A stretch of 64,000 bases of DNA, taken from NCBI GenBank assembly GCA_951406725.2, contig OX597822.1, positions 99,200,001-99,264,000 on the forward strand, in the 5' to 3' direction. The stretch's first letter is position 1. Each line of letters opens with the position of its first letter. The notes under the pieces are model-generated. The model saw only the letters and a list, made by a program, of their open reading frames with translations. It was not told where the DNA came from and did no database searches. Below are positions 53,440 through 64,000 of this stretch, one piece after another. A program made the position numbers and the translations under genes. The DNA comes from Octopus vulgaris (taxonomy: Eukaryota).

Positions 53440-53678
53440 TGTGTCTGGGGAGAGTCATTTTCTTTTTGTGCCTTATAATGTAACACACTCACCGGTAAAA
53501 TTTCCACTTATTTCTTATTTTTATTTTCCTAAAATTTTCGTTGCGTCTTGCAACCTTTTCAATAGACTTGATTGAGTCAAGAAAATTTTAGGAAAATAAA
53601 AATAAGAAATAAGTGGAAATTTTACTGGTGAGTGTGTTACATTATAAGGCATAAAAACAAAATGACTCTCCCCAGACA
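53440..53678. repeat. Foldback (about 97-bp arms), Penelope-like end; solo copy at about 50440-50568
   Basis: tgtctggggagagtcatttt...cctaaaattttc is mirrored by gaaaattttagg...aaaatgactctccccagaca. Confidence 0.88.
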
Positions 53679-54756
53679 ACAAAATATGCTTCAACACACG
53701 AACTCATATAAAGAATCTTGCAAACCAAATCCAAAATCAGAAAAAAAACTTGCTTCAATATCCTTATATAAACCGAATTGACTTTATTTAAGAAAATTAG
53801 CAGAAACTACACAAGAAACAATATATTAGCTTATTTTTTTTGTTTTTTGATGGCAGTAGTGCGGAAACATTATTCATTTATTAAAATTCATATTTTCATT
53901 GATTTACAACCACATATAATCTACATATTGTTTTTCAACATGCTGAACTGTAACTAAGATAAGCTGCAGAATATTTCCTTTAAAACTTTGGCACATTTCC
54001 AAACGTACCACCCACACATCTCTTTCTTCCAACGCCTCACTCAGGATTCTTCCCCACCCCAGTCTGTTGCTTTCTTCCTGTCTACTTTCCCTTATACCTT
54101 CTGCCCATATTTGCCCCTTATAATTCAGGATAGCCCTAAACATTTCTATACAACCTGTCCTATCATCTTTCCAAATTCATCCCTTTCTTTTTCTCAATTT
54201 TGTCTTTAATCCTTTCCCCTTCTCCTATTCCCCACCCTACTCCTGCAACCACCCCCCTCATCTTGCCATTCCTTCTTTCCTCCACCTAGCATCATCGCCC
54301 TGCCTCCTACGGCTTTCCTTCAGTTATTGGAACCACTTTAGGGCCTTAAACTTTCAAGTTATGAGGCAATCATCCTACAGCTGGCGCCATGAAAAAAGAA
54401 CCCAGTACACTGTGAAAAGTGGTTGATATTAGGAAGGGCATTCAGTTGAAGAAACCACCCACCAACTTACCTGACCTGGTCAAACCATCCAACCACGGAA
54501 GCCAGATATTAAAATATGATGTTCTTTGTCTCATACTGGCATGGACAGGATGGATTGTCAGGACAATTTTTAGCTATTACTGCAAAGTTGCTGAACCAAA
54601 AGGCCATAAATTCAAACTCCTATTACGATCATTCAGTACGTTGACAACAGCTTTATATTTAAGGTAATCAAGGGACAAACGGACACCTTTTTCACATCAC
54701 AATTTAATATATGCACAAAGACAGAATAAAAGAACCGAGACCAATTAACTTCTAAT

Positions 54757-55700
54757 GATGGTTTCAAATTTTGGCACAGGGCCAGCAGTTTTTCTGGGAA
54801 GGGAGAAAGCTAATCAGATCGATCCCTGTACTTGACTGGTACATTTTTTTTAATGACCCTGAAAAGATGAAAGGCAAAGTTGACTTTGGAATTTGAGCTC
54901 AGAATGTCAAGATGGGCAAAATGCTAAGCATTTTGTCCCAATGCATCTGATGTGCAAACAGTGCTGCCAACTCACTGTCTTTCCTTAAGCTAACAATAAA
55001 TGCAAATAATTGGTATGATTATTAAGGCAACGAACTGGTAGAATCATTATCACGCCAGGTGAAGTGCTAAGTGGTATTTCATCTGCCATTATGTTCTGAG
55101 TTCAAATTCTGCCATGGTTGACTTTTGCCTTTCATCCTTTTGGGGTTGATAAATTAAGTACTAGTTACTCACTGGGGTCGATGTAATCGACTTAATTCCC
55201 TCCCCCAAGCTGCCCTTGGGGCAAAAATTTGAAATCATCATCATTATTATTATTATCATTAAGGCAGCGAGCTGGCAGAATCATTAGCATGCTGGATGAA
55301 ATGCTTAGTGGTATTTTGCCTGTTGCTATGCTCCGAGTTCAAATTCTGCCAAGGTTGACCTTGCTTTTCATCCTTTCAGGGTCGATAAAATAAGTACGAG
55401 TTGAACAATAGACGGAGGGGTGGGGCTCCAATGTAATCAGCTCATCCTTCAAAACTGCTGCTCTTGTGGCAAAATTTGAAACCATTATTATTATTATTAA
55501 AGGCAATGAGCAGTAGAATTATTAAAAAATGTGCTGAGTAGTATTTCCTTCTAACTCATTACATTTTAAGTTCAAATCTGCTAAGCTTGACTTTAACTTT
55601 TTCAACCTTTTGGGGTTGATAAAATAACTGGCAACCAAGTACTAGGGTCAATGTAATTGATTTATGCCCTTCCCTCAAAACTGCTAAAATTAGAAAGTAT
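54757..55700. mobile_element. SINE family B cluster (one minus copy, then three plus copies)
   Basis: Minus unit at 54757-54980, plus units from about 55022. Confidence 0.7.
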
Positions 55701-56021
55701 TATTATCATTATTATTAGTAGCACTATGTTTAACCCTTTAGCATTCAAACCGACCATATTTGGCCAAAATATTTAACCTGTTATATATTGAAACTGACCA
55801 GATCTCACCTTTCATCTCAGCCCTACAATGTCGTTCTAAAACCAAAAAATCACATCACTGAAATCTCTAAACTACAAGATAATGCATGATTAATTCAAAC
55901 CATTTTAAATAAACAAACATCACATTTGACAGAATAATCTGAACACTAAAGGGTTAATATCATATTTATTTGTTTGCCATCCCTCTCTTTCTCTCACACA
56001 AAGGTATATAGGTAGATCCTT

Positions 56022-56106
56022 GCTGGGCAAATGCACCCAGTCAATAGTATTGAAGGGCCCCTATTCTAGGCAAATGCATCCAGTCAATAGTATTGAAAGC
56101 CCACTA
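56022..56106 (+). repeat. Direct repeat, about 43 bp x2
   Basis: ggcaaatgca.ccagtcaatagtattgaa.g.cc twice. Confidence 0.75.
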
Positions 56107-57082
56107 CCTATCATGACAAGTCAGGCCATTCAGCTATCATTAGTCTGATGACTCCAATCTGCCAGTCTACACTAAGTGCCCACTCCATGGCTCTACATTC
56201 AGTCAAACAAATATGCCAATCTATGCAGTCTCCGCCTCTCTCTTTCGATCTTCACACTATGGCACCATTAGCAGTATTATGGAAGGCTGAGTGGTAAGAA
56301 GTTTGCCTCCCAACCACATAGTTCCAGTTTCAGTTCCACTGCATGGCACCTTGGGCAAATTCCTTCTACTATAGCCTCAGGCTGATCAAAACCTTGTGAG
56401 TGGATTTGATAGACAGAAACTGAAAGAAACCTATTGCGCACGCGTGTGTGTGTGTGTGTTGTGTCTGTTTGTTCTCTTTTACCCTCTGACAACCAGGGCT
56501 AGTTTGTATATGATCGATAAAATAAGAACCAAGCTTTAAAAAGAAAAAAAACTGGGGTTGATTTAGCCAACTAAAAAAATTCTCCAAGGCAATGAAGTGT
56601 CCCAGCATGGCCACAGGCTAATGACTGAAAACAACAAAAAACTTTAAAAACTCTTCTTGCCACAAACCCGTTTGATTGGCTTATTGGTCTGTCTTCTACA
56701 TAATGGTCAAGCAGTTAGCAACAAGATCACCTAGCTACTAAAGTGACTGATCTCACAGAGTCTAAATATGTTATGTTACAAAATAACATAACCCAAACCA
56801 TGGTGAGATTTAGTGGTTGGACAATGCACAGTGTCACCATCATTGATTTAGTGTCCATTTTTCCAAGCTTCATCAAGGTAGGTTTTCTATGACTAGATGC
56901 CTGTCCTGTTGTCAACCTTCACCAATAGGGTAATATTTCCGCATAGTTGTTCATGAGTCAAAATTTTGGGTAGGACACTGTATTGTGTGACCTACTAGCT
57001 GAATTGCTTTGAAGGTAACCACAAAAATTGTATACAAAAAGACAACTGATGGTGTTTATTTAGAATGAAACAGATGCAAGCA

Positions 57083-57490
57083 AGCTGGCAGAAACGTTAG
57101 CACGCAGGGTGAAATGCTAAGCAGTATTTCATCTGCTGCTAGGTTCTGAGTTAAAATTCTGCCACGGTCAACTTTGCCTTTCATCCTTTCGGGTCAATTA
57201 AATAAGTACCAGTTACGCACTGGGGTCGATATAATCAACTTAATCTGTGTGTCTGTCTTTGTTTGTCCCCTCTGTGTGTAGCCCCTTGTGGGTAGTAAAC
57301 AAATAGGTATTTCGTCTGCCGCTACGTTCTGAGTTCAAATTCCACCGAGGTCAACTTTGCCTTTCATCGTTTCGGGGTCGATTAAATAAGTACCAGTTAC
57401 GCACTGGGGTCGATATAATCAACTTAATCTGTGTGTCTGTCTTTGTTTGTCCCCTCTGTGTGTAGCCCCTTGTGGGTGGTAAAGAAATCA
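57083..57490 (+). mobile_element. SINE family B with tandemly duplicated 3' about 185 bp
   Basis: gtatttcatctg...gtagccccttgtgggt occurs twice (about 57124 and 57308). Confidence 0.8.
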
Positions 57491-57948
57491 GATGCAAGCA
57501 AGCATAGCCATATGATTAAGAAGTTTGCTTCCCAATTTCCATGGCTCTGGGTCCAGTTCCACTGACTGCCACCTTGGGCAAATGTCTTCTCAAATAGTGC
57601 ATGCCAACCAAAAACTCGTGAGTGGATTTTGGAAACTGAAACTGAAAGAAGCCCATAGTATGTGTGCTTGTTTGAGTCTCCTTGTCTTGACAGCATGTGA
57701 TAGTCGTAAACAAGTGTCACTGTCATACAAGCAGTGTCGTTCACTTCCAATCTTCTGTGAAGATCATGCTCGGCCATGAGGCAATATAACCTTACCTTGG
57801 AAACAGGTGAAGCTTAGTAACAGGAAGGGCATCTGGCCATAGAAAACCTGCCTCACTAAACTCTGTCTGACCCATGCAAGCACAGAAAAGTAGACACTAA
57901 AATGATGACAATGATGATGAATGAAGGCTGTAGAAAATATATACTTAC

Positions 57949-58167
57949 AGTGTGTGCCCAGAATTTTGTTATAGGTGCATTATAAAACTCATAGAGTTTC
58001 TTCCCAGGTTTTAAAGGTGATTTCTTCTTCAGTGGCTTATCTGGGAATGTAATAGGATGAAGTGCATTAGATAGCACATCCACGTCTTTATTGATTGCTG
58101 TTGGCGGTGGTGCTGGTACAGTTGTACTTCCAATGGAATTATTATCAATATCTTCTCCATATTCATT
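57949..58167 (-). CDS. TRPM: TRPM exon: variable linker to KLYEFYNAPITKFWAHT
   Basis: Acceptor ttattctgcag|AAT, donor ACT|gtaagt; 219 bp, phase 0/0. Ends in the conserved K.YEFY.API.KFW motif preceding S1. Confidence 0.95.
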
Positions 58168-58295
58168 CTGCAGAATAAAAACAGAAATAATCTTTAGTCA
58201 GTTATTAAAATTTGATTAACTCAATGAATTTATTGAAAATTGCTATTGTTGGGAAGTTACCAATAAAGTAAATATGTGCTGGTATGGTCATGTGA

Positions 58296-59690
58296 TGCAA
58301 TAACAGAGAAATTCAAGACAAGATGCCTCTGGGAGCACCTCTATGCTAATGACCTTGCTCTAATAGCTGAGTCACTATCAGAACTAGAGGAAAAGTTTCG
58401 GGTGTGGAAGCAAGGTCTAGAATCGAAATGCCTTAGAGTCAATCTAGCAAAAACCAGTCTTAGTAAGTAGGAAGGCAGGCAAATCACAAATCCCTACAGG
58501 TAGATGGCCCTGCTCGATCTGTAGAAAAGGTGTAGGTAGAAACTCCATAAGATGTACCTGGTGTAAGCTATGGACACATAATAGGTGCAGCAGTATCAAA
58601 GGAAGGCTAACTGGGAAGATGGTTTTTGCGTGTGGCAGATGAACAGGGGCAATAAACACTGAAAGTGTGCAGAAAACAGCTTCAGGCACATGCCAGGTGG
58701 AAAAATTAGAACTGGTTGATAGCTTCCATCACCTAGGTTACCAAGTCAGTAGCAGGGGTGGATGCTCTGAGAGCATAGCTGCTAAAACAAGAATAGCCTG
58801 GGCAAAGTTCAGAAAGCTCCTACCTCTGCTGGTAATTAAGGGTCTCTCGCTCAGAGTGAAAGGTAGACTGTATGACATGTGTGAGAACTACACGGCAGTG
58901 AAACATGGGCTGTGACTGCTGAGGACATGTGCAGGCTTGAAAGAAACAAAGCTAGTATGCTCCACTGGATGTGTAATGTCAGTGTGCATACATGACAGAG
59001 TGTAAGCGCCCTCAGAGAAAAGTTGGACGTAAGAAGCATCAGATGTGTGTGCAAGAGAGACAACTGCACTGGTATGGTTATGTGTTACATATGGATGAGG
59101 ACAGCCGTGTGAAAAAGTGTCACACCCTAACAGTGGAGGGAACCTGCAGAAGAAGTAGACCCAAGAAGACTTGGGATGAGGTGGTGAAGGGCCTCACAGA
59201 GGCAAGTACTTGAGAAGACCTGGCAAGCCAAGTGAAACCATAGTCGTTGCCTATGCCAGTGTTGCATAACTGACCCAGTTAAAAGTACCATTCAACCATT
59301 GGGCAATATGCTGTACTTGAGAAGACCTGTTGAGTCAAGTGAAATCATTGTCATGGCAGATGCCAGTACCACCTAACTGGCATCTGTGCTGGTGGCACAC
59401 AAAAAGCACCAAATGAGTGTGGTTGATGCCAGTCCCACCAGACTGGCTCCCATGCTGGTGGCACATAAAAAACATCATTCAAGCATGGTTGATGTCAGTG
59501 CCGCCTAATGGGCCCCCACCCCCATGCTGGTGGCACATAAAAACCACTCTCGGAGTGGTTGGTGTTAGGAAGGGCATCCAGCTGTAGAAACCTTGCCAGT
59601 TCAGACTGGAGCCTGGTGCAACCACCTGGTTTGCCAGTCCTCAAGTCAAACCGACCAACCCATGCCTGCATGGAAAGTGGACGTTAAGCA
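58296..59690 (+). mobile_element. 5'-truncated, frameshifted RTE-clade LINE (RT C-terminal part plus 3'UTR)
   Basis: LYANDLALIAES...KFRVWKQGLESK.LRVNLAKT (decayed YADD) followed by a Cys-rich insert WPCSICRKGVGRNSIRCTWCKLWTH.RC. Further motifs are DSFHHLG, RIAWAKFRKLLPLL, LHWYGYVLHM and RPKKTWDEVVK. It runs into a repeat-containing 3'UTR ending ...GGACGTTAA. Confidence 0.88.
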
Positions 59691-59974
59691 TTATATATAT
59701 ATATATATATATGATTATCTTTTTTCAATTTGCATCTACTCAGAAAACTTAGATTGGTCTAAGATGCCATGGAATGGGGCTGAACCTGAAACCATGTTGT
59801 TGGGAAGCAAAATTCTCAATCACACACCCACACTTGTGCTTAACTGCTATAGATATTAAATTGACATGAAACACCAAAGTCTTTATCAAAGCAATCCTCA
59901 TGGAATTTTTTCTTATTTTAAATAATTACTTATTAGACTTGATGTGAAGATGGGAAAAAAATGTATAAACTCAC

Positions 59975-60139
59975 TTCAGCTTCATCAAAAGAACTGATGG
60001 AGACTCGATCATTCTCACTTGCTTCTTCTTCCATGTCATCCAAATGTTCTTCCATTGTCTGAGGCATCAACAGCAGTTCTTCTTTGCTTTTAAATTCTAG
60101 CAGCAGAATGTATGGTGGTAAAAAGATACCCAATATTAC
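59975..60139 (-). CDS. TRPM: TRPM exon: pre-S1 helix and acidic linker (VILGIFLPPYILLLEFKSKEELLLMPQT...)
   Basis: Acceptor tttcatatag|GTA, donor GAA|gtgagt; 165 bp, phase 0/0. Motif LPP.IL.LEFKSKEE...MPQ is typical of TRPM1/3/7. Confidence 0.95.
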
Positions 60140-60546
60140 CTATATGAAATGAGAATTAGAAGAAAAAACATAACTAACAAATACATATAGAGAAAAATAA
60201 TTCAATGATGTATTAAGTCAATAATTTAGATTTTACAATTAAAATTATTTTGTTTGTTTTTTGTATATTTGCAAAAGGTTTAAAAATAAGTTGTGTTACT
60301 GAATTCTTAATTAATCTGAAAATTGAATGAAACAAAGACAGTATATTGCAACAGAAATGTGGTGAGGAAAGGGTTAAAAATTACAGTTATTTAACTAAAT
60401 TCTTCATTAATTTGAAAACTAATTGAATCAAATGTTATGTATACTTCAAGAGAAATATAGTAATGAGAGTGTTAATAATGACAGGTTATAAATTGATACA
60501 CACTTAAATTTCAACTTGTCAGATTGGACGATGAAGAGTTACCTAC

Positions 60547-60775
60547 CTTGAGAGCAGTATTCTTCCTCATGCGCAATCCTCCCATCCACATGTCATTGAG
60601 CAACATTTGACAGCAGGTGTGGGCGACAAACTCCCTGTGGTTAGCAGCAACGGCAAGGCTGAGGCAAGTCTGATCACTGAAGTTCTTCAATTCGTACGTA
60701 AGCAGTTGTTGTGTGTAATCGTCATCTACTTTGTAGCAATGCTCCAACAACTCTAAAGCGAGAGTCTGAAACTCT
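60547..60775 (-). CDS. TRPM: TRPM cation channel (TRPM1/3/7-like), internal exon, MHR4/pre-S1 region
   Basis: Translates [76 protein letters not shown], matching the TRPM signature [36 protein letters not shown]. Donor AAG|GTAGGT at 60547/60546. The acceptor is less certain (ttgag|A at 60775, or ttcag| at 60765). Confidence 0.95.
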
Positions 60776-60957
60776 CTCAAAGAAACAATAAGAGAAAAAC
60801 ATAAAGCATACAAGTAAAAGAAAAAAAAAACAACTTTTGCAGGTATACCTGTGTGTTTAAGATGTTCACTTTGCAACCACATGGTTTCGGGTTCAGTCCC
60901 GATGGGCTTCTGTACAACTTCTAACCACCATATTTCACTTATAGAGGATTGGATGAC

Positions 60958-61270
60958 CATCATCATCGTTTAACGTCCGCTTTCCATGCTATCATGGGTT
61001 GGACGGTTCGACTGGGGTCTGGGAAGCCAGGAGGCTGCACCAGGCCCCAGTCTGATCTGGCAATGTTTCTACAGCTGGATGCCCTTCCAAATGCCAACCA
61101 CTCCTTGAGTGTAGTGGGTGCTTTTTACATGCCACTGGCACAGGTGCCAGGAGAGGTTGGCAACAGCCACGATCGGTTGGTGCTTTTTACGTACCACTGG
61201 CACGGAGGCCAGTCAGGGCGGCACTGGCAACAGCCACATTTGGATGGTTCTTTTACGTGCCACCGGCATT
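60958..61270 (-). mobile_element. RTE 3'UTR-type repeat copy
   Basis: Family sequence with (cat)n end. Confidence 0.8.
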
Positions 61271-61764
61271 ATAGCAAAAAACATTTTCTCGAAATGCCAT
61301 GTAGTGAGATTTAACTAGAAAGAATCTTGTTGCAAAACAGACTTCTTAAGCATATAGTCTGCATCTATATTACAAAATTTTAATTAAAAGTCAATGTTTA
61401 TATAATCGTGACATTACATATGCCATAAATAAAAAGTCACAAAGACCAGCATTGGACCTAAGTTCTGCAGATTGTTTATGTTGGGGCTAAGACAAGGTAA
61501 TGTCTTTCACACACTTCCTTCTGTACACTAATAGCATACTTAGTCATAACTAGCTAACCACACATATACATTCTCTTTAATAAAAGTGGCAATATCCTTT
61601 ACTCCTGTCTCAATCTTCTGCACACAAGCATAATCCATATTCCACCATTTTATGCCAGATATGAACTGAGACCTCATTGGAGACATGATACACTTTTGTA
61701 CTACAACATATCTACCCCTTATGCATAAACAACATAACAGAAGTACACTCATTACCAGTGACTT

Positions 61765-61809
<45 letters not shown>

Positions 61810-61880
61810 AATTCAGGGTGAATACTTGATAAGTGTAAGCACCTGTATATGCCAGCTAGTAGCAGAGGTGAGAGGGTATA

Positions 61881-62437
61881 TGCATCAAATGAAATCAAAA
61901 ACAGAACACAAAGGATGTCGCGGTACACGTGTTTCAAGCTTTATACAACAACCTATTCTTACATCAATGTATAATCGACATAACAGATGGTTTAAAACTC
62001 TCTTCAGCCGCATGCAATTGCTATACCAAAGACTTCCATCACATTATGAAAAAACCGGAAATGTACATTTGGTATTATCTATAATGGTGGGTATATTGAG
62101 TTTCACTGAGAAACTCAATGTTGACTGACGATAGAGTATGGACGGATTTTTGCAGTCCAATGATACCCTACATACCTATTTGATTATGAAGATTTACAAA
62201 CATACTTTCACAGTGATACTCAATATACCTACCATTATAAATAATACCAAATGTACATTTCCGGTTTTTTCATAATGCGATGGAAGTCTTTGGTATAGCA
62301 ATTGCATGCGGCTGAAGAGAGCTTTAAACCATCTGTTATGTCGATTATACATTGATGTAAGAATAGGTTGTTGTATAAAGCTTGAAACATGTGTACCACA
62401 ACATCCTTTGTGTTCTGTTTTTATTTCATTTGATGCA
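61881..62437. repeat. Foldback element: about 232-bp inverted arms (61881-62113 / 62206-62437), about 92-bp spacer
   Basis: Arms are reverse complements, which is why the twin ORFs 61826+ and 62481- encode the same peptide. TA flanks. Confidence 0.92.
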
Positions 62438-62927
62438 TATATATATATATATGTATAATGGTCAAATTTGCATTGTAACAACTAAGCTTCCTCTCAAATA
62501 GAGTAACAGAATGAGATAATTTCTGATTTCCTGTTGAAGGATAATATGTCCTGCTTTAGGCTATAGTTTTTCAGGTAGGCAGAGCCAGCAGTTATGCAAT
62601 CAACAGAAGTATGGAGGGGCCCTATTAACAATATTGTAGGTTATACTTAAACAGTCATGTGCCTGGTCATTGAGCTACCAAATGATACTAGACAGAGAGG
62701 TGAAATTTAGCCCTTAGCGGTTTGCTAACTCTTTACAAAGCTCAACCCAAACCCAGACTACACTGAACCCATAGCTAGGGCTATGCTCCTGTTTCACACA
62801 TCATCATCACCAGGTTGAGCTTGCACAATTTTGCATGTCTCTAATGCTCCGTGCATCTACATGTTCTATGTTATGTAACACTTGTCTTCAGTGAGATTCA
62901 GTGTTATGATCTAACCAACTAATATTA

Positions 62928-63104
62928 CTATTTCTTTATTGCCCACAAGGGGCTAAACGTAGAGGGGACAAACAAGGAGAGACAAAGGGATTAAGTCGAT
63001 TACATCGACCCCAGTGCGTGACTGGTACTTAATTTATCAACCCCGAAAGGATGAAAGGCAAAGTCGACCTCGGCGGAATTTGAACTCAGAACGTAGCGAC
63101 AGAC
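62928..63104 (-). mobile_element. Young 5'-truncated SINE family B copy with 17-bp target-site duplication
   Basis: Flanked by identical ctaaccaactaatatta at 62911-62927 and 63105-63121; CpGs retained. Confidence 0.88.
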
Positions 63105-63123
63105 CTAACCAACTAATATTATG

Positions 63124-63470
63124 TCTTCATAGAGTGGGCAATGCAGTCTCAACTATGATGAGGTGTCCGACATTGGATGCCACTAACAAGCTCCTCCATA
63201 TATTTCTAACCATATCCTGCAAAAAAATAAACGTGTCTCTAATGGTGTCTGGTGCTTTGCAAAGCTTATCAGATAATCTTTCTTCCATAAGTTGTTCTTT
63301 CTTGGATATATTAAAAATGGCATAAAACAAGTGCTGTCCAGTATAGTTTCAAGTCCTTTGGTTAGTGCCCAGGTAAAAGAGCCATACAGCAATACAGATC
63401 CAAACACTAGGAGGAAGGAGTTCCTTTTAAGATCTCCCAAGATTTCAGATTTCCACATAAACATCCTAAG
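63124..63470 (-). mobile_element. Degenerate RTE/RTE-X LINE C-terminal fragment
   Basis: Frameshifted MWKS....LKR..F....SVLLYGSFTWALTK.LE..LD.....A.FNIS.....L...PDTIR resembles the post-RT region of RTE-type elements. Confidence 0.65.
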
Positions 63471-64000
63471 CTGTAGAAAAAAATTTCCTTCATCTAATTG
63501 ACAAAGATTTATTCACCAGAAAGGTCATTCATATTATGACTGACAAACCACAAAATTGTTCAATGCACATACTATTAAGATGATATATTCTTGTCTAGAC
63601 AATGCTATTTTCTACAACTGCATGAGAAAAAAAAACACAATTGCTTTGCTCACACCCAACAATCTACCTACATTTGCAGAAACTGAGCTACTTATCCTTT
63701 CCAAGATTGTAGGATATAGAGCTATACTCAAATCACTAGATGGTATCCAAAGGACTAATATATGGCTTACTGTAAACAATTTCATAGAGCAGTATAAGCA
63801 ATATCTGTATTTCTTTGGGTCTGAAAGATGGGAAATTCCACATCTCAATACTGTTTCAACTGGAAGCTCAAAACACCAGGGACACAACTGCCCAACTATG
63901 ATCTAACAATATTTTTGAGGGACCCTCCACTAATTGTATACCTTAAAGCAGCAGACTGTGATATTCCTCAGTCTGAAATCTGAATTGATCTCAAGGTGTT

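Noticed and set aside
61826-62481. Two convergent ORFs encoding nearly the same peptide
   Set aside because: This is a consequence of the inverted repeat; no recognisable domain or splice context.
63556-63906. 116-aa plus ORF and 91-aa minus ORF at the window end
   Set aside because: No motif I can recognise; probably decayed transposon sequence and not a TRPM exon.

Overview
AT-rich, microsatellite- and transposon-dense animal genomic DNA. The repeat families look like those of an octopod cephalopod (Octopus sp.), which is an inference from recalled repeat content. The window lies wholly inside a minus-strand TRPM1/3/7-like cation channel gene. Five internal coding exons (60547-60775, 59975-60139, 57949-58167, 51310-51438, 173-421) splice in frame into about 330 aa running from the pre-S1 region to the S4-S5 linker. 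The last two exons are separated by a 50.9 kb intron (422-51309). That intron hosts an intact, intronless-CDS rhodopsin-class GPCR on the opposite strand (41390-42499, FMRFamide/peptide-receptor-like). The rest is interspersed repeats: tRNA-derived SINEs, RTE LINE remnants and their 3'UTR copies, TTAA and TA MITEs (one triple-nested), non-autonomous Helitrons, and Penelope-like ends with hammerhead-like cores. There are also long foldback repeats and a decayed 28S rRNA fragment. Nearly all other ORFs in the supplied track are repeat or microsatellite artefacts.
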